Of a stretch of DNA of 20,000 nucleotides, positions 1 to 12,215 are shown in pieces. The stretch spans positions 404,160 to 424,159 of the forward strand of contig MU058010.1 of assembly GCA_013265495.1 (NCBI GenBank). Direction: 5' to 3'. Numbering within the stretch: position 1 is the first letter of the stretch; every line of letters begins with the position of its first letter. The position numbers and the translations under genes are program-made. This DNA comes from Vicugna vicugna (Eukaryota). The notes beneath the pieces were generated by a model, which searched no databases, was not told where the DNA came from, and saw only the letters and a program-made list of their open reading frames with translations.

Positions 1-435
1 CCCAAATTACATGGTTTCTTCTCCAGCACTCTCATGTTTTGTCTGGGTGACACTTCATTTTTTTATCATTGGAAGACCTTTTGCTATTTTATTTCTTTAA
101 CCAAAATTATTAGCACAGCTTGCAAGAGCAGTCTTAACTCCTTAAGCAAATTTCATGTGATACCTTATTTATTGTGCTTAACTAATCTCATTATAGAGAA
201 ATACTTCCAAATGCTTTCACCTCTTAGGATGCTTTTGTTATTTCTCTCCTATGAGTAACATGTTTGAAAACAAGTTTTCTACCAAATTTTGCTTATTCGA
301 AATACGTCATCTTTCTGTTTTAATTAGACATACGTAACCATGTAGACCTTTTGAGTTTACAATATTGTATATTCACGTATAGAATTGATGGAATTACACT
401 TAAAGAGGTCAGGCTTTTTGGTTTATGTAGCTCTT

Positions 436-568
436 CTAAAATTTTTTTTAAATTTTTTTATGAGGGGAGGTAATTAGGTTTTTGTTTATTTATTATGGAG
501 GTATGTGATTGAACCCAGGACCTCATGCATGCTAAGCATGCACTCTACCACTGAGCTATACCCTCCTC
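436..568 (-). mobile_element. tRNA-Ala-derived SINE (camelid vic-1-like)
   Basis: The reverse complement reads GAGGAGGGTATAGCTCAGTGGTAGAGTGCATGCTTAGCATGCATGAGGTCCTGGGTTCAATC..., with A and B boxes, then AAACCTAATTACCTCCCC and an A-rich tail. The TSD ATGTAGCTCTT is at 425-435 and 575-585. Confidence 0.92.
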
Positions 569-3272
569 TTATTCATGTAGCTCTTATCCTGAGCACATGC
601 ACGTTTTCTGTTGGGATTTTTAAGTACTGGAAGAATTGCTAGACATCCTTCTTTATTGAGAGGTTTGAAAACCCACCATATCTGGACACTTTAGTTTAGT
701 GTTAGGATTTTGAGGGCAGTAAAAAGTAAACCCTGCCTTAAAAGGAATTTGTTACTCTTGCACACACAAAAAGGGGCAGAATTGGGTTTTTTTGTATTGT
801 AGGTTTTTTTTCCCTCTTTGTACACTGGGTTTACATATATGTGCTGAACTTTGCAGTTATTATTTTCTAGTTCATAAATTCCAGTTTGTTCCTCCCTAAA
901 CTTTGTTTCCCACGTACACCCATCTGGATTATGTCCTGATGCCGAATGTTTAGGTTGCAACCTTGAAAATTATTTCTGTTACATTCTTCTAATCTTTATT
1001 CTTTAGGCTTGTCACAATAAAAACACACCTAGACTAATTGGCTTAATTTTTCTTTTTACTGATAAGGTTTATTTGTACTGTGCATTGCTCAGTGGGATAA
1101 TAAATGCATTTGGCTGACTAGTGATTGGTATTTCTCTTTTACATTTTAAGTATTTTGTTTATTCACTGAAATCACTATAGTGAAAGGTAAAGTCCGGATT
1201 ATTCTAATAAAGTAATGAGAACAACAATTGATAACGGAGGAAAAAGAAACCACCTAAATTAACTAATACAGTATAATAAGTATATCAACCCATGTAATTG
1301 AAAAGACAGCATTAAACTAGAATATCACAAACAAAATCAAATGGCATGTTGTTTGTAGATAACATATATTGGTCTTCTGTGTTCTGGACAAAAGAGAGAG
1401 AAAGAAAAAACACTGTTGGTTTAAGGCTACTTTTTATATTATGTTTTAACATTACCAGGCTTACATGGAATATTGTGGAGCTTTGGTTGGACGTTTTCCT
1501 TGAAGAGGTGATTAGCAGTAGCTCAAAAAATAATGTTGTCTTGTCACCAAGCTTACCTTTAAGAACCATTCTTCATGGCTGCCATCTTGTGCTTAACTGT
1601 GCCTTTATTTAACCTCACAATGGGGAGATAAAATGGTTATTTTTATAATATATCACTTCAAGACACAAGGGAAGAGAATGCATTTAACAGAAAATCAAGT
1701 TCTACTTTGAAAAAACCTTAATTATCAACATTTCATGCTTTATTTGTTAAAAAATCATTTTTGAATAGATTGAAAAATCTCATTTGTTTGAGAATTTTAT
1801 GAAGTGCTTGGAGAAATTGCAAACAAACTCACAGCATAATTGTGAAGGGCCAGTAATGTTCAGTCCCTGGTGGACTAATAAATAATTTGGTGTTTCATCT
1901 GAGACTGACTTTACAATGAAGGGCAACTTGAAGCTGAAACAGTTTAATCATCAGCACCTGCACATCCTTTGGGGGCATTCTCAAAGGATAGTTTTCCATT
2001 TTCGTAAGTTTCATGGGTCGTAAAAAGTTCAGCTGATAACACCTTCTATTAAATGCTAAGATGATACGGTGTTTGTGTGTATATCATGCTCTCTTGTTCT
2101 CACTAAGCATTTATGTATGGGACTTGGTAATACCAGAGAAATTAATCCGATTACTTTTTACTGTCATTCTAGATTCCTTTCTAAAACATCAACCTTGTAA
2201 TTATTGCAAATAGAGATTTCTAAGAATAAACTTATTTTCCATGAGGTAGTTATAATCTATTTAGTTACAAAAGAAAATTATTTTGATGGAAAACTGACTA
2301 GTAGATCATACACTTTATATTTTTAAAGACTTGTATGACAGGCATTAATTATTTAAAAATTTTTTCTTCCATGTTCCACTATAGAACTATATACAGGAGT
2401 ACAGGAATGCATTTTTAAGGTAGTCATCATGACTATGTAATCATTTCATATGGCTGAGTGTTGCCTCTTCTCAAAGTTAACTCCTAACAAGCATTTAGTG
2501 GGAATGTGTTGGACTCTTATGTGGTTGTTTACTTTGAGAAAATTAGCCTATGTCTTAATGGTCCTAACATCCAGCTTTCTGGAAAGCATGCAGATTTAAA
2601 TTCAGTTTGTCTACTCTTCATTTTAGGGACTTGAGACAAATTGAATACTTAGGCAAGAAGAAAAGAATTTGGGGTTTAGTAAAAATTATACTAAGAGAAC
2701 CCTGGCTTACATAATTTAAATATCTATTAATGTTGAAAGAAATGTAACTCTGAACAAGAAGACATAAACTTTTTAACATTTGTTTTTCATTTAATAAAAT
2801 CTCCACTAACTTTCTAAGTTACAGAAATATACAGGATATTATCTTATGTTTAAAAATGTTGAATTAGGCAGATTAAACTATTTAAATAGGCTAAGACTCA
2901 AATAGAGAATTACTATCAATAAGTCAGGATCTGTGGAAGCCTGCTTGTGTCTTACACTCAAATTTGTACATTTTATTACAGTTTTATAAAACTGATATAT
3001 TTGTCAAGTAAAGGCATATTTGGAATATAGACTATTTCTTAAGCTTTTGGAAGAAGGGGTAATTGATTATACACATTGATTATAGTTTTACTTTCTCGGA
3101 AAAATAAAACAACTATTATTTATATCATGGTGAAATGTTTTAGGTTAATTTATCAGGAATGTCTAATTTCAAGTGTGAGGAATACATTGGGGGAAATGAA
3201 CACGGGAAACTGAACTCTTTCCCAGAATAAAATCTCCTAAACCATATTAGATTTAAAAGTATTAAAAACAAT

Positions 3273-3295
3273 GTCTTTCTCTGTCTCTCAGTCTC

Positions 3296-3328
<33 letters not shown>
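3273..3328. repeat. Compound microsatellite: CT-rich, (TG)n, (AG)n
   Basis: tctctgtctctcagtctc followed by a TG run (3296-3313) and an AG run (to 3328). Confidence 0.95.
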
Positions 3329-3650
3329 ATTAACTCTTTAGAGGTAAATGGCTAGACTAGAGGTCAAAAGTACATCTAGTCCTCCATATTTAATTCACCT
3401 CTTTACCTTTTCTGCCACGTAATCCAGCTGTATTGGATGCATGCTTTGTTGGTACTTCCTACCAACTCAATGTGCAGTCATACCAACATCTCTGAATGGA
3501 AAGCATTTATATTCTTATAGGATCTATGAAAATAGCTCCCCCATATGCTTGATAGAAACATATATAAATGATGTAAGCTAGAAAGTGGCTCTTCCTTGAT
3601 TTGTTGCTGGATAAATCATTGTGTGTTTGAGGCACTTGATTAATGACATA

Positions 3651-3715
3651 GTAATAATGAAAATAATATTATTATAAGTTAGTAATAATATATTACTGAT
3701 AATAATATTAATAAT
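3651..3715. repeat. AT-rich low-complexity (TAATAA-like) tract
   Basis: Imperfect repeats of taataata/ttatta adjoining the MIR. Confidence 0.7.
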
Positions 3716-3922
3716 TGCTCACATCTTAACTATGTGCCAGGCACTTCTGGAAGCCATTTTCATGTATTAATTCATTTAATTCTTATAATAGCTCCATAAA
3801 GTGTTATTTTTCTTATTTTACAGAACAGGAAACAGATACAAATCACAAAGCTATTTAGTACCAGGTAGAGATTCAAAGAAAGACAAAGTAACTTCAGATT
3901 TTTTCCTCCTAACCATTATGCT
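3711..3922 (-). mobile_element. MIR SINE relic
   Basis: actatgtgccaggcact...tattaattcatttaattcttataa...attttacagaacaggaaacaga...cttcaga...taaccattatgct follows the MIR reverse-strand consensus, including the core. Confidence 0.8.
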
Positions 3923-4022
3923 TTTTCTAATATGCAATAACAATCTCAGATTTTTATTTTAATAGTTTCTAAAAGTAGTGAAATGTCATACTTACTGTAT
4001 TTTTGAAGACATTCTTGATTGT

Positions 4023-4058
4023 CAATTCAACAAATTCTTTTGAGTACCTACCTTGGAC
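4023..4058 (-). mobile_element. L2 3'-terminal fragment
   Basis: caattcaacaaattcttttgagtacctac resembles the L2 tail (cattcaacaaatatttattgagcacctac). Confidence 0.5.
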
Positions 4059-4875
4059 TGATTTTATATGGCTGTGCAATGTTAAATTGTTTACTTTTAG
4101 ATTCTAAAACACACATTTATAAAGTACCCAGGAAAAATATACAGTGTTTAAGAACCACTACATTATGCAAAAGTATTTAAGAAATGAAGATCTATGTGTT
4201 GGTCAACCTTATATAAGAACACACTTTTGAGGATTTTGCTTTTTGCAATATGGTAATAGGGACTCTTAAAGCTCCATCCCATTGCAATACAGCAAAGCAT
4301 TTTAAAACATGGCTGTTTTGTGAGAAAGCAAGGAAAATCTACAAGGGCAAAAAGGGTTAAAGAGAAAAGAACAAAACTGAAACTTGCATGTTGAGCGTAG
4401 GTATACAAAGGGGAAATCCAGGCTTGCCCTGAGATCAGGCCAAGATTAAGATCAGGGTCACATGCAGGGTAAGTATACTGAATAAGATTTATATAACAAG
4501 CCTAGGACAAAAAGAAATTAAACTTATCCAGGTTACAAATGATACCTGATTATTTACAGAAGCATATTAAAAGCTCTGTGCAGGAGGCAATTACAATTCA
4601 GAGCCTCAAGATTCTCACAAATTAAGTTTAATCAAATAAGAGCACTTAATCCCAATCAGCAAACACCCAAAGAAACAAAAGATTGTAATGGTGAAATGAT
4701 CTTGAAAGACCAAAACAATAGATACAAACCTCCAAGACTCTAGATATTGAATAGCAATATGCAAAATGTTTCAGGAAATAACAGATGAGATTAAAGAGAG
4801 AGAAAGAAATGAGATTACCAAAAATGACCAAGCAGGTCTGAGAAAGAACCAGATAAAACTTAAGGAAGTAGAAAC

Positions 4876-5100
4876 ATGATGGTTAAAATTAAACCTGGAT
4901 TAAATAGCAGACAATACTCAGCTGAAGGAAGAAATGGTGAATTGGACAATAGATCCGAAGAAATTGTCCAGAATGCAATCCAGGGAGACAAGAAGATTAG
5001 AAGTGTAGAAGACATGTTGAGAAATGTAGAGGACAGAGTGAGAAGGCCTGCCACTTATACAGTGAAAGTCTTAGAAACACAGACTCAAAACAGTGAATGA
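4876..5100 (+). pseudogene. LINE-1 ORF1p coiled-coil remnant
   Basis: LNSRQYSAEGRNGELDNRSEEIVQNAIQGDKKIRSVEDMLRNVEDRVRR aligns by eye to the L1 ORF1 pattern LNSRLDxAEERISELEDRSEEIxQ...LRDMEDRxRRSN. Stops and frameshifts flank it. Confidence 0.85.
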
Positions 5101-5494
5101 AAGGAAATATTCAAAGTGATGGCTGAGAATTTTCCAGATCAAGAATCCACAGAATAGGACATGTACAGCCTATACCAAGTCAGATGAATGAAATGAAATT
5201 CACTTGATAGAATATTGTAGTGAAGCTGTAGAACACCAAAGACAAAACTTAAAAAGCAGCCAAAGAGAAAGTCTATGACCACCATGCAACAGTTAGATAG
5301 AGATGACTCCTCATTAACAGAAAATGGAAACCAGAAGAGAGATATCTTCAGATGTTAAGGGAAAAAATAACTGTTCTTTTAATTTTGGGGATATTCAGCA
5401 AAAACTCTTTATAGAACAAGGACAAAATTAAACTGCTGGTAGATAAACAGATAATAATTTTCCATGAATATCTCTGTTAAAAGACCTTCTAAAG

Positions 5495-5695
5495 CAGAGA
5501 TTGGCAGACGTTTCAGTGAGCCAGATAGTAAATATTCACAAGCCAGACAGTCCCTGTTGCTACTGCTTAGTTCTGCTATAGCAATGCAAAAACAGCCATG
5601 GGCAGTACGTAAGTGAATGGATGTGCCTATGTTCCAATAGAATTCTATTTACAAAAGTAAGTGGCCAACCCTGGATTGTAGTTTGCTCACTCCTG
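5495..5695 (+). mobile_element. MER58A-like non-autonomous hAT-Charlie DNA transposon nested in the L1
   Basis: Termini CAGAGATTGGCAGAC...GTTTGCTCACTCCTG. Internal gccagatagtaaatatt, cagccat and tgttccaatagaattctatttacaaaa motifs. The 8-bp hAT-type TSD is TTCTAAAG (5487-5494) / CTCTAAAG (5696-5703). Confidence 0.88.
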
Positions 5696-7810
5696 CTCTA
5701 AAGGATGCATTTAAAGAAGGAGAATTTTTTTTTGAAAAAGAAAAATTAGACAAGAAGGCATACCTACCATGAAACTAAATGTCCAGTAATAAAATACACA
5801 GTAAAACAATGTATAGCATGTTTTATAGAGAAGGAGAGACAGAACTTACTTCACTGTTGGACAGATTGTTAAATAGATTGAAAGAGATATTTGGAGTTCA
5901 GGTATTTTATGTTTCCTGTATTGTTCAAAGGTCAGGAAGGAAGGTAAAGATATCAGTAACCTTTAAACATTGATTTGTGTGATAAAATTACAAGTATAAC
6001 CAGTAAAAGAATAGACATATCCAGTAAAGTTTCAAATTGTAGAGGGAGAAAAGGACCAGGAAAGGCATATGAAGAAAAAACAAAACAAAAAAAAAGGAGC
6101 ATAAATAAAGCAGGACATTAAAAGAAATAATGTAAGGTGGTGGAAACAAGTATTTTATAAATCACAATAAAACTTTAAAAGACCATAGGTTGGTTTAAAA
6201 ACAAAATCTAGTCTTACGCTGTTTATAAGAGACCAACCTATAACCCAAGGATATGGAAAAGTTTGAAGTAACAAAACAATTAATGAAATACAAGACAAAT
6301 AATATTTAAAATAAACAGGAAAACTATGTTAATAACAGGTACAATAGACATAAGGGAATATTACTTCATGATGATAAAAAGCTTAATTCACCAGAAAGAT
6401 ACAGTTCAGAAATCTGCATGTGCATTATAACATAGCACTAAAATAAACATGTAAAAAATGATAAACTATAGGAATAAGTTGACAGATTTAGCATTATATT
6501 GGAAAACTCTGACAGTCTTCTAGTTTACTGATAAGCATAAAAATACTATCAAAGACATGAGAGCTTTAAACAATGTGATAAACTTGATTTTATACATGTA
6601 TATAGAACCCAACTCAGTAATTAAAGAATATACATTCTTTTCAGTCACAAGTGGAACTTTTGTCAAGTTAATCACATGCTAGAGATTGTGAAACAAATCC
6701 TGATAAATTTCTAAGTTTCAGCTTCATTCATTGACCACAATAACATGAAGTTAGAAATAAAAAAAAAAGGATGAAATTTTAAAATCATTTTAAGAAAATT
6801 CTAAAAAACATACTAAATAACTCATGTATCAAGGCAGAAATCATAGGAAGAAATAGACCAGAACAATATTGAAAATACTCTATTTATATCAGAATTTGTA
6901 GGGCACAGTAATAGTGGTATAAAGAAATTTATACTCTAAGTGCTTATATGAAAAATCTGAAAGACTAATAAAGTAGGCATCTGACTTCAGAAATTTAAAA
7001 ACAATTATACAATCCTAGAAAAAATAAAAGAGAAATGAAGGGAAAAAATTACTTGAGAATATTTAAAATCCAAAATGTGGTTATTTTGAAAGGACAAGTT
7101 AATTGGATAAATTTCTGAAGAGATTAATCAAGAAAAAATACTGAAAATATAAGAAAGAATATAACTACAGATAGAGTCGATACAAAAAGAGAAAAGCATA
7201 CTATAAAAATTTGTAGGCCAGAATTGGAAAGGTTGACGAAATGCGTAAGTTCCTAGAAAAAATATTAGATATTGAGACTGACTTTAAAAGAATTAGAAAG
7301 TTTAGATAGGCCTATATCTAATTTTTAATTTAATGACTTCTCAGATCTTCCAACAAATTAAATACTTGACCCAGAAAGCTTTACAGACGAGTTTTCCCAA
7401 ATTGTAATTAAATGATTATTCCAAACTAATATTGTGAAAAAAATTATTATCAAATGTTCAAAAAGATAAATTCTTCATGTCCAAGTTAAGTTTATCTCAG
7501 AAATGGAAATGTAGTTTAATATTAAATATCTATAAATATAATTCAATACATTAAGAATGACTGAGGAAAATATTGGATAAAATTCAACCCTTGTTCAGAT
7601 TTTAAAACAAGAGCAATAAACTAGTTGAACCCTTTATCCCTAAATAAGAAATGATGAACAAAGGGAATCCTCTCCACCTAATAATGAAGATTTAACTCAT
7701 AGCTAGCATAGTTTGATAAGACAAGAATGAAATCAAAGTATAGAAGCTGAAAGGGAAGAAACTAATCCTTCATTATGTTGTCTATGAATATTACAAAAAG
7801 ACACCTACAA

Positions 7811-7975
7811 GGGGGAGGGTACAGCTCAATGGTAGAGCACATGCTTTGCATGCACGAGGTCGTGGGTTCAATCCCCAGTACCTCTGTAAATAAAAAGTAA
7901 TAGATTGAATAAACAAACAAACAAACCTAATTAGCCCTCTCCCCAAACAACACAAAAATTAAAAAAAAAAATTTT
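7811..7975 (+). mobile_element. tRNA-Ala-derived SINE (camelid vic-1-like) nested in the old L1
   Basis: GGGGGAGGGTACAGCTCAATGGTAGAGCACATGCTTTGCATGCACGAGGTCGTGGGTTCAATCCCCAGTACCTC, then AAACCTAATTAGCCCTCTCCCC and an A tail. The imperfect TSD is AAAGACACCTACA (7797-7809) / AAAGGAACCTACA (7976-7988). Confidence 0.93.
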
Positions 7976-8743
7976 AAAGGAACCTACAGGAAAATTGTTA
8001 AGAAATTTTATCAATGGAATACATAAAATCAATTACATTTTTACATATGTTATAAAATGTTGGAAATGGTTTTTTTAAAAAGACATTATTTATAAGAGCA
8101 TTAGAAAGAGAATAACAAAAGATGTCCAAGACCTGAAAGAAAATTATTTTTTCAATAGACTTTTAAAAAAATGACCTTAATAAGTCTATTCTGAAATATG
8201 GATGACAGAGTAAAGACACAAGAATAGTGAAGTCATTTCTAAAGAAGAAAAATAAGTCTTAAGCTATAATAATTAAGACAGAGCATTATTGGTGCAAACA
8301 TGGAAACATTGGTCAAATGGACTAAAGCAGCCCCCAAGCACCAGCATATATAAGGACACTTGAAATCAGGAGAGGTGGCCTTGTAGATCAGTTGGAGAAA
8401 GGATAGGCTAGTTGTGAAGTCGTTATGGGTCAATTCATTTTCCATATGAAAAAGGTAAATTGGACCCGCAACTCCTTCCGTTCATAAATGTTGATTCCAG
8501 AGAAGTAGGTACTGAAAGGTGAACAACATCGTTAGAACTTTAAGAAGCAAATATGGAATATTATTGTCCTTGATCTAGGAAACAATTTTTTAAAATAATA
8601 TATTAAAGGCACTAGTAATAAGGGAAAAGAGATTTTTGGCTACTACATAAATTTGAGAATTTCTCTGTGCTGAAAGACAAGATAAAATACAATGACCATT
8701 ACAATCCAGGATATATTTAAAAAGCATAAAGCTAACAAAAGGT

Positions 8744-8787
8744 TAGTATCAAATATTTAAAGGACTAGTATCAAATATTTAAAGGAC
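8744..8787. repeat. Perfect 22-bp tandem duplication (TAGTATCAAATATTTAAAGGAC x2)
   Basis: Identical units at 8744-8765 and 8766-8787. Confidence 0.95.
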
Positions 8788-9131
8788 TACAGACAATTAA
8801 GAAGATGATAACCTAATGGAACAGTGGGTAGAAGAAATGAATAGGCATTTCACAGAATAGAAAATACAAATGTTTTATTATGTGAGAAGATAATTGAATT
8901 AGGAGCCATAGATATACCAGTTAAAACCATGGTGTGATACTATTATATACCTGCCAAACAGGTAGAAGGCTGATGAGAACAGTTTTGGTAAGTATGTAGG
9001 CAATGGTTATGTATTAATGGTAGGGGGTGTACATTGGCTCAACCACTTTGAAGACACTTTAACATCATCTAGTAAGACTGAAGACAAATCTCTCCTTTTC
9101 ATTGATCAACTGCATTCCTATCTTAGAGAGT

Positions 9132-9352
9132 CATGGGTTTCAAACTATTTTCACCATAACCTTAATATTGTAAAAAATAAGATTTTACAGTGGGACCCAA
9201 CACTCTTATGTTTATGTATTTTAAGAACAGAAACAAAAGCATCAACAAACAATACTTATCCTTACTGCTTATGTTATGCTCTAAAATGTTTTGTTCTCTT
9301 TCCCTTAAAGAGTGTCTGTCAGCAGTTTCTAAACAGATTTAAGAACCAACTA
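9132..9352. mobile_element. Probable hAT-Charlie-type MITE interrupting the L1 3' region (family not pinned)
   Basis: Degenerate TIR-like ends (catgggtttcaaact...atttaagaaccaacta). Internal attttacagtgggaccca and aaacaatacttatccttact motifs recall ancient Charlie MER elements. L1 3' sequence resumes after it. Confidence 0.5.
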
Positions 9353-9632
9353 TGAGACCTATCTTTAAAGAACTTACACAGGGAGATGTACAAAAATGTT
9401 TGTAACTGTATGGTTCATCATAGCCAAAAACTGGAAACAATCCAAATCCCACTAGTAGGAGAGTGAATAATAAAACACAGTTTAATATTATAAGCAATGA
9501 AAAGGAATAACAATTTATACATAAAAATATGGAACATAATCTTAGAAACATAATGTTGAGTGAAAAAGCAAATCCCAGAAGTTTACAATAAAGGATACTG
9601 CAAAATATAAAAATACTCAAAGATAATGTTTA

Positions 9633-9995
9633 TGATAACAGCCCCAACTTATGGAGGATTACACTCTGCCAGACTTCTAAATTTTACATACATACACATA
9701 CACACATGCGTTTAAATTTACTGGTTTTGGGTTATTTTGATTTCTCTGAGAGAAATAACGTATAATGCTGCAATGTGTATTTATTTTTTATCAAAATTTT
9801 TTTTATTGAGTTATAGTCAGTTTTACAATGCTGTGCCAATTTCTGGTGTACAGCACAATTTTTCAGTCATACATGAATTACATATATTCATTTTCATATT
9901 TTGCAATGTATATTTAAACAAGTTGTGGCAAGATTCTTGTTACTACATTTAGTTATGTAGAAGACATAAATTATAGGAGGAAGACAATTGTGAAC
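9633..9995 (-). mobile_element. Possible very degraded MIR, split by a younger L1 fragment
   Basis: tgataacagccccaacttatggaggattacactctgccagac at the start and acaagttgtggcaagattcttgttactacatttag later resemble successive parts of the MIR reverse consensus. Confidence 0.35.
9784..9901 (-). mobile_element. 5'-truncated younger L1 3' end with TSD
   Basis: Poly-T, then attgagttatagtcagttttacaatgctgtgccaatttctggtgtacagcac. The 15-bp TSD is TGCAATGTGTATTTA (9769-9783) / TGCAATGTATATTTA (9902-9916). Homologous to the copies at 16553, 17345 and 19715. Confidence 0.88.
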
Positions 9996-11276
9996 TTGAT
10001 GTATTTAACATACATGAACGCATACACACATACATGTATTAACGTATCTATATTTTTGTACATGTATTAATATGCCTATGTATTTTTATAGATATTTTAG
10101 AATTTTCTGTTACTATAAAAACCAGGTGAGCCTTAGAACTCAGGTAAATTATTGATTACGCCTTTGAAATGAACAGTGAAAAATGTGACTGACGTTTTGA
10201 AGCCCTCTGTGGTCGTTGCCCTAGACTGGTACACCCATGAATCTTTTAGACAAGATCATGAACCAGGCGTGTGTCTGGAAGTTCTACAAGCACTCAGAGA
10301 ATTTCTTTTATCATTACATAGATGAAAGTCGTTGCTGGCAGTGCAGTTTATCTACCAATTGACTAAATAGAAAACCAGGTCAAGAATAAGATGATTTAAA
10401 GAAAAAAAAATTGTTTTCTTATAGCTAACTATCTATATGTACAGTTAACCCTCATTCTTCTTTTCTGGTTTCAAATCTAGAACTGAAGTAACTAAGAGGC
10501 AGTTGTATCTAGAATAATGTGGTTCTTTAACTATTTATCTTTTCTGTTCTAGGCTACTTTAACTTCTCAAAATTTAGGGTAAAACAAACCCCCAAATTGA
10601 CCATTTGATCTGAGATACTATTTCCAGACTAAATACCTATTTCTGTGCTGTCTGTTGGTATTTTTCCTGCTAAAATTCTTCTCCTGATAGTTATAATGTT
10701 AGAAAAAGATATGTTTTAAATGAGATAGGTTTTTAAATGAAAATCAATAGCGCATTTTCCATAAAACAAAATAGCTTTAAGAACTACTTCAAACCTTATT
10801 TCTAAATGTAAACATTATTTTTATAGGTCCTCAGGAGTAATTTTGGCTTTTTATTGCCCAGTGGAATACTAAAAGGGTGTGACAGTTATATCTGGTAATA
10901 GGTGGTGTATTAAATCTTCTCATTGAAATGTATCCAGTCATTAAAGTAGAAAATTCATATTTGAAAATTGTATACTTTAGTTAAGTTTCATAAATACGCT
11001 ACGTGATACATTTTTTATCTCTTGCTGGTTCCTCTTACTCATTTCCCTCAAACAAGAAATACAGCTTAGATTCCTGAATATTTGCCTATACTTTTCTCTG
11101 CCACAGTTCGCCTTTCCTTACTATCTCCCTTTTACACATATACATGGGTGCACATGCACACACACATGCAGATATATACACTTGCCTTCGAAACCACACT
11201 TATAGGAGAGATTGCATGTTAAAGTATATGTTAGTACTGGTATTTCATAGTTTAGCAATAATAGTCAGTGTTAATA

Positions 11277-11700
11277 TGTCTTGAACTGTGAAGAGTCTGA
11301 GAATTTACCAGTTTTCATAGTTTCCTGAATGTTAGTAGAAGACACGAGACTGTGGGGTCAGAAATAAAGAAGAGTTACTCACAGCAGATAGGAGTAGCCA
11401 GAATAAACAATTTTGTAGATTCCTGAGCCCAGATTCCCACAGGGCAGCGTAAAGAGGGCCAGTTTTAATACCTACACACAAAATGGTTTGTATTACTAGA
11501 GGGAAACCCTGAACTTGGGGGACCCAATTATTTTCAGAGTTAATAAGACTGCCCAGTTTGCCCTGGTTTGTCATACTGGACAGTAAACAAATCCATTTGC
11601 TTACGAGGGAGGCACTACCTCTAGCTTCCAGGACGGTTCATTATATAAGTATCTTTGAAAAGACAGTTTGGAGCAAAGGTGCTTGATTAGTACTTGTATA
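11277..11700 (-). mobile_element. Solo LTR, ERVL-type (LTR40-like by recall)
   Basis: tgtcttgaactgtgaagagtctgaga terminus (ending ...ACA on the minus strand). Internal agaagacacgagact...gggtcaga, ttactcacagca, atactggacagtaaacaaatc, gagggaggcacta and ttgaaaagacagt are collinear with the recalled consensus. Confidence 0.75.
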
Positions 11701-11709
11701 GAGTCCTTA

Positions 11710-12215
11710 GTTTTGCACTCTCTTACTTGAAAATCTTCAGTTGTTTTGTAGTTTCCTTAAAGGAAAGTCTAATCCCCTATCTTGGTCTAGAAGACTGCAA
11801 ATGATCAGGCCTCAGCATGTCCCCTGACCTCGTCTAACACCACCATACTGGCCTCCTCCTTACCTCTCAAACCCACCAGCAGCATTTGCATTTGTATTTC
11901 CCCAGGTACTCCATGGCTACTAGCTTCTTGACTTTCAGCTGGAATCAAATCAGTGAGGGAGGCCTTATCTGATCACTTAATGTAAAGTAACTCTCCAGGC
12001 ATTCTATCACATCACTCTTTTGATTTTTTTAGTACTATATTTATCAAAAATTTTAATTGTTTATTGTCTGTCTTTGCCTTCTGCCCCACCATATCACATG
12101 TAAAACTACTTTAATAGCTATGTGTGTATCTCCCTAGTCCTTAGAATAGTACCATTTACTACTCAGTCTATCAGTAAATATTTATTGCATGGATGGACGG
12201 ATGGAAGGATGAGTT
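11710..12215 (+). mobile_element. L2 LINE 3' portion with (TGGA)n tail
   Basis: atactggcctcct, gaggccttatctgatcac, ttgtttattgtctgtct, ccctagtccttagaatagtacc, and cagtaaatatttattgcatggatggacggatgga as the typical L2 3' terminus. Confidence 0.82.

Larger units (their letters stand above)
4420..9630 (+). mobile_element. Ancient, heavily decayed and internally deleted LINE-1 (L1M/L1ME-type) with 5' region, ORF1 and ORF2 remnants and 3' UTR
   Basis: Strong A-rich + strand bias. ORF1-like peptide at 4876-5100 and gatggctgagaattttccaga (ORF1) at ~5118. Endonuclease-region remnants at ~6170-6750 (attcaccagaaagatac, aagaatatacattcttttcag). Further ORF2 remnants at 7160-8900 and old-L1 3' motifs at 9380-9600 (atagccaaaaactggaaacaatccaaat, cataatgttgagtgaaaaagc). 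Boundaries are approximate. Confidence 0.88.

Noticed and set aside
34..4408. Short ORFs from the track (34-258, 691-960, 1312-1569, 1346-1612, 2618-2806, 4163-4408)
   Set aside because: The translations are F/L/I/K-biased with no recognisable domain and no DIAPH3 similarity, as expected for chance ORFs in AT-rich intron.
7815..7886. tRNA-Ala(TGC)-like gene
   Set aside because: It has a mismatched acceptor stem, a SINE-specific 3' extension, an A tail and a TSD, so it is a tRNA-derived SINE rather than a tRNA gene.
10005..10090. TACATG/CA/TA-rich tracts (also 9685-9710 and 11133-11180)
   Set aside because: These are ordinary degenerate purine-pyrimidine microsatellites with no higher-order structure evident.
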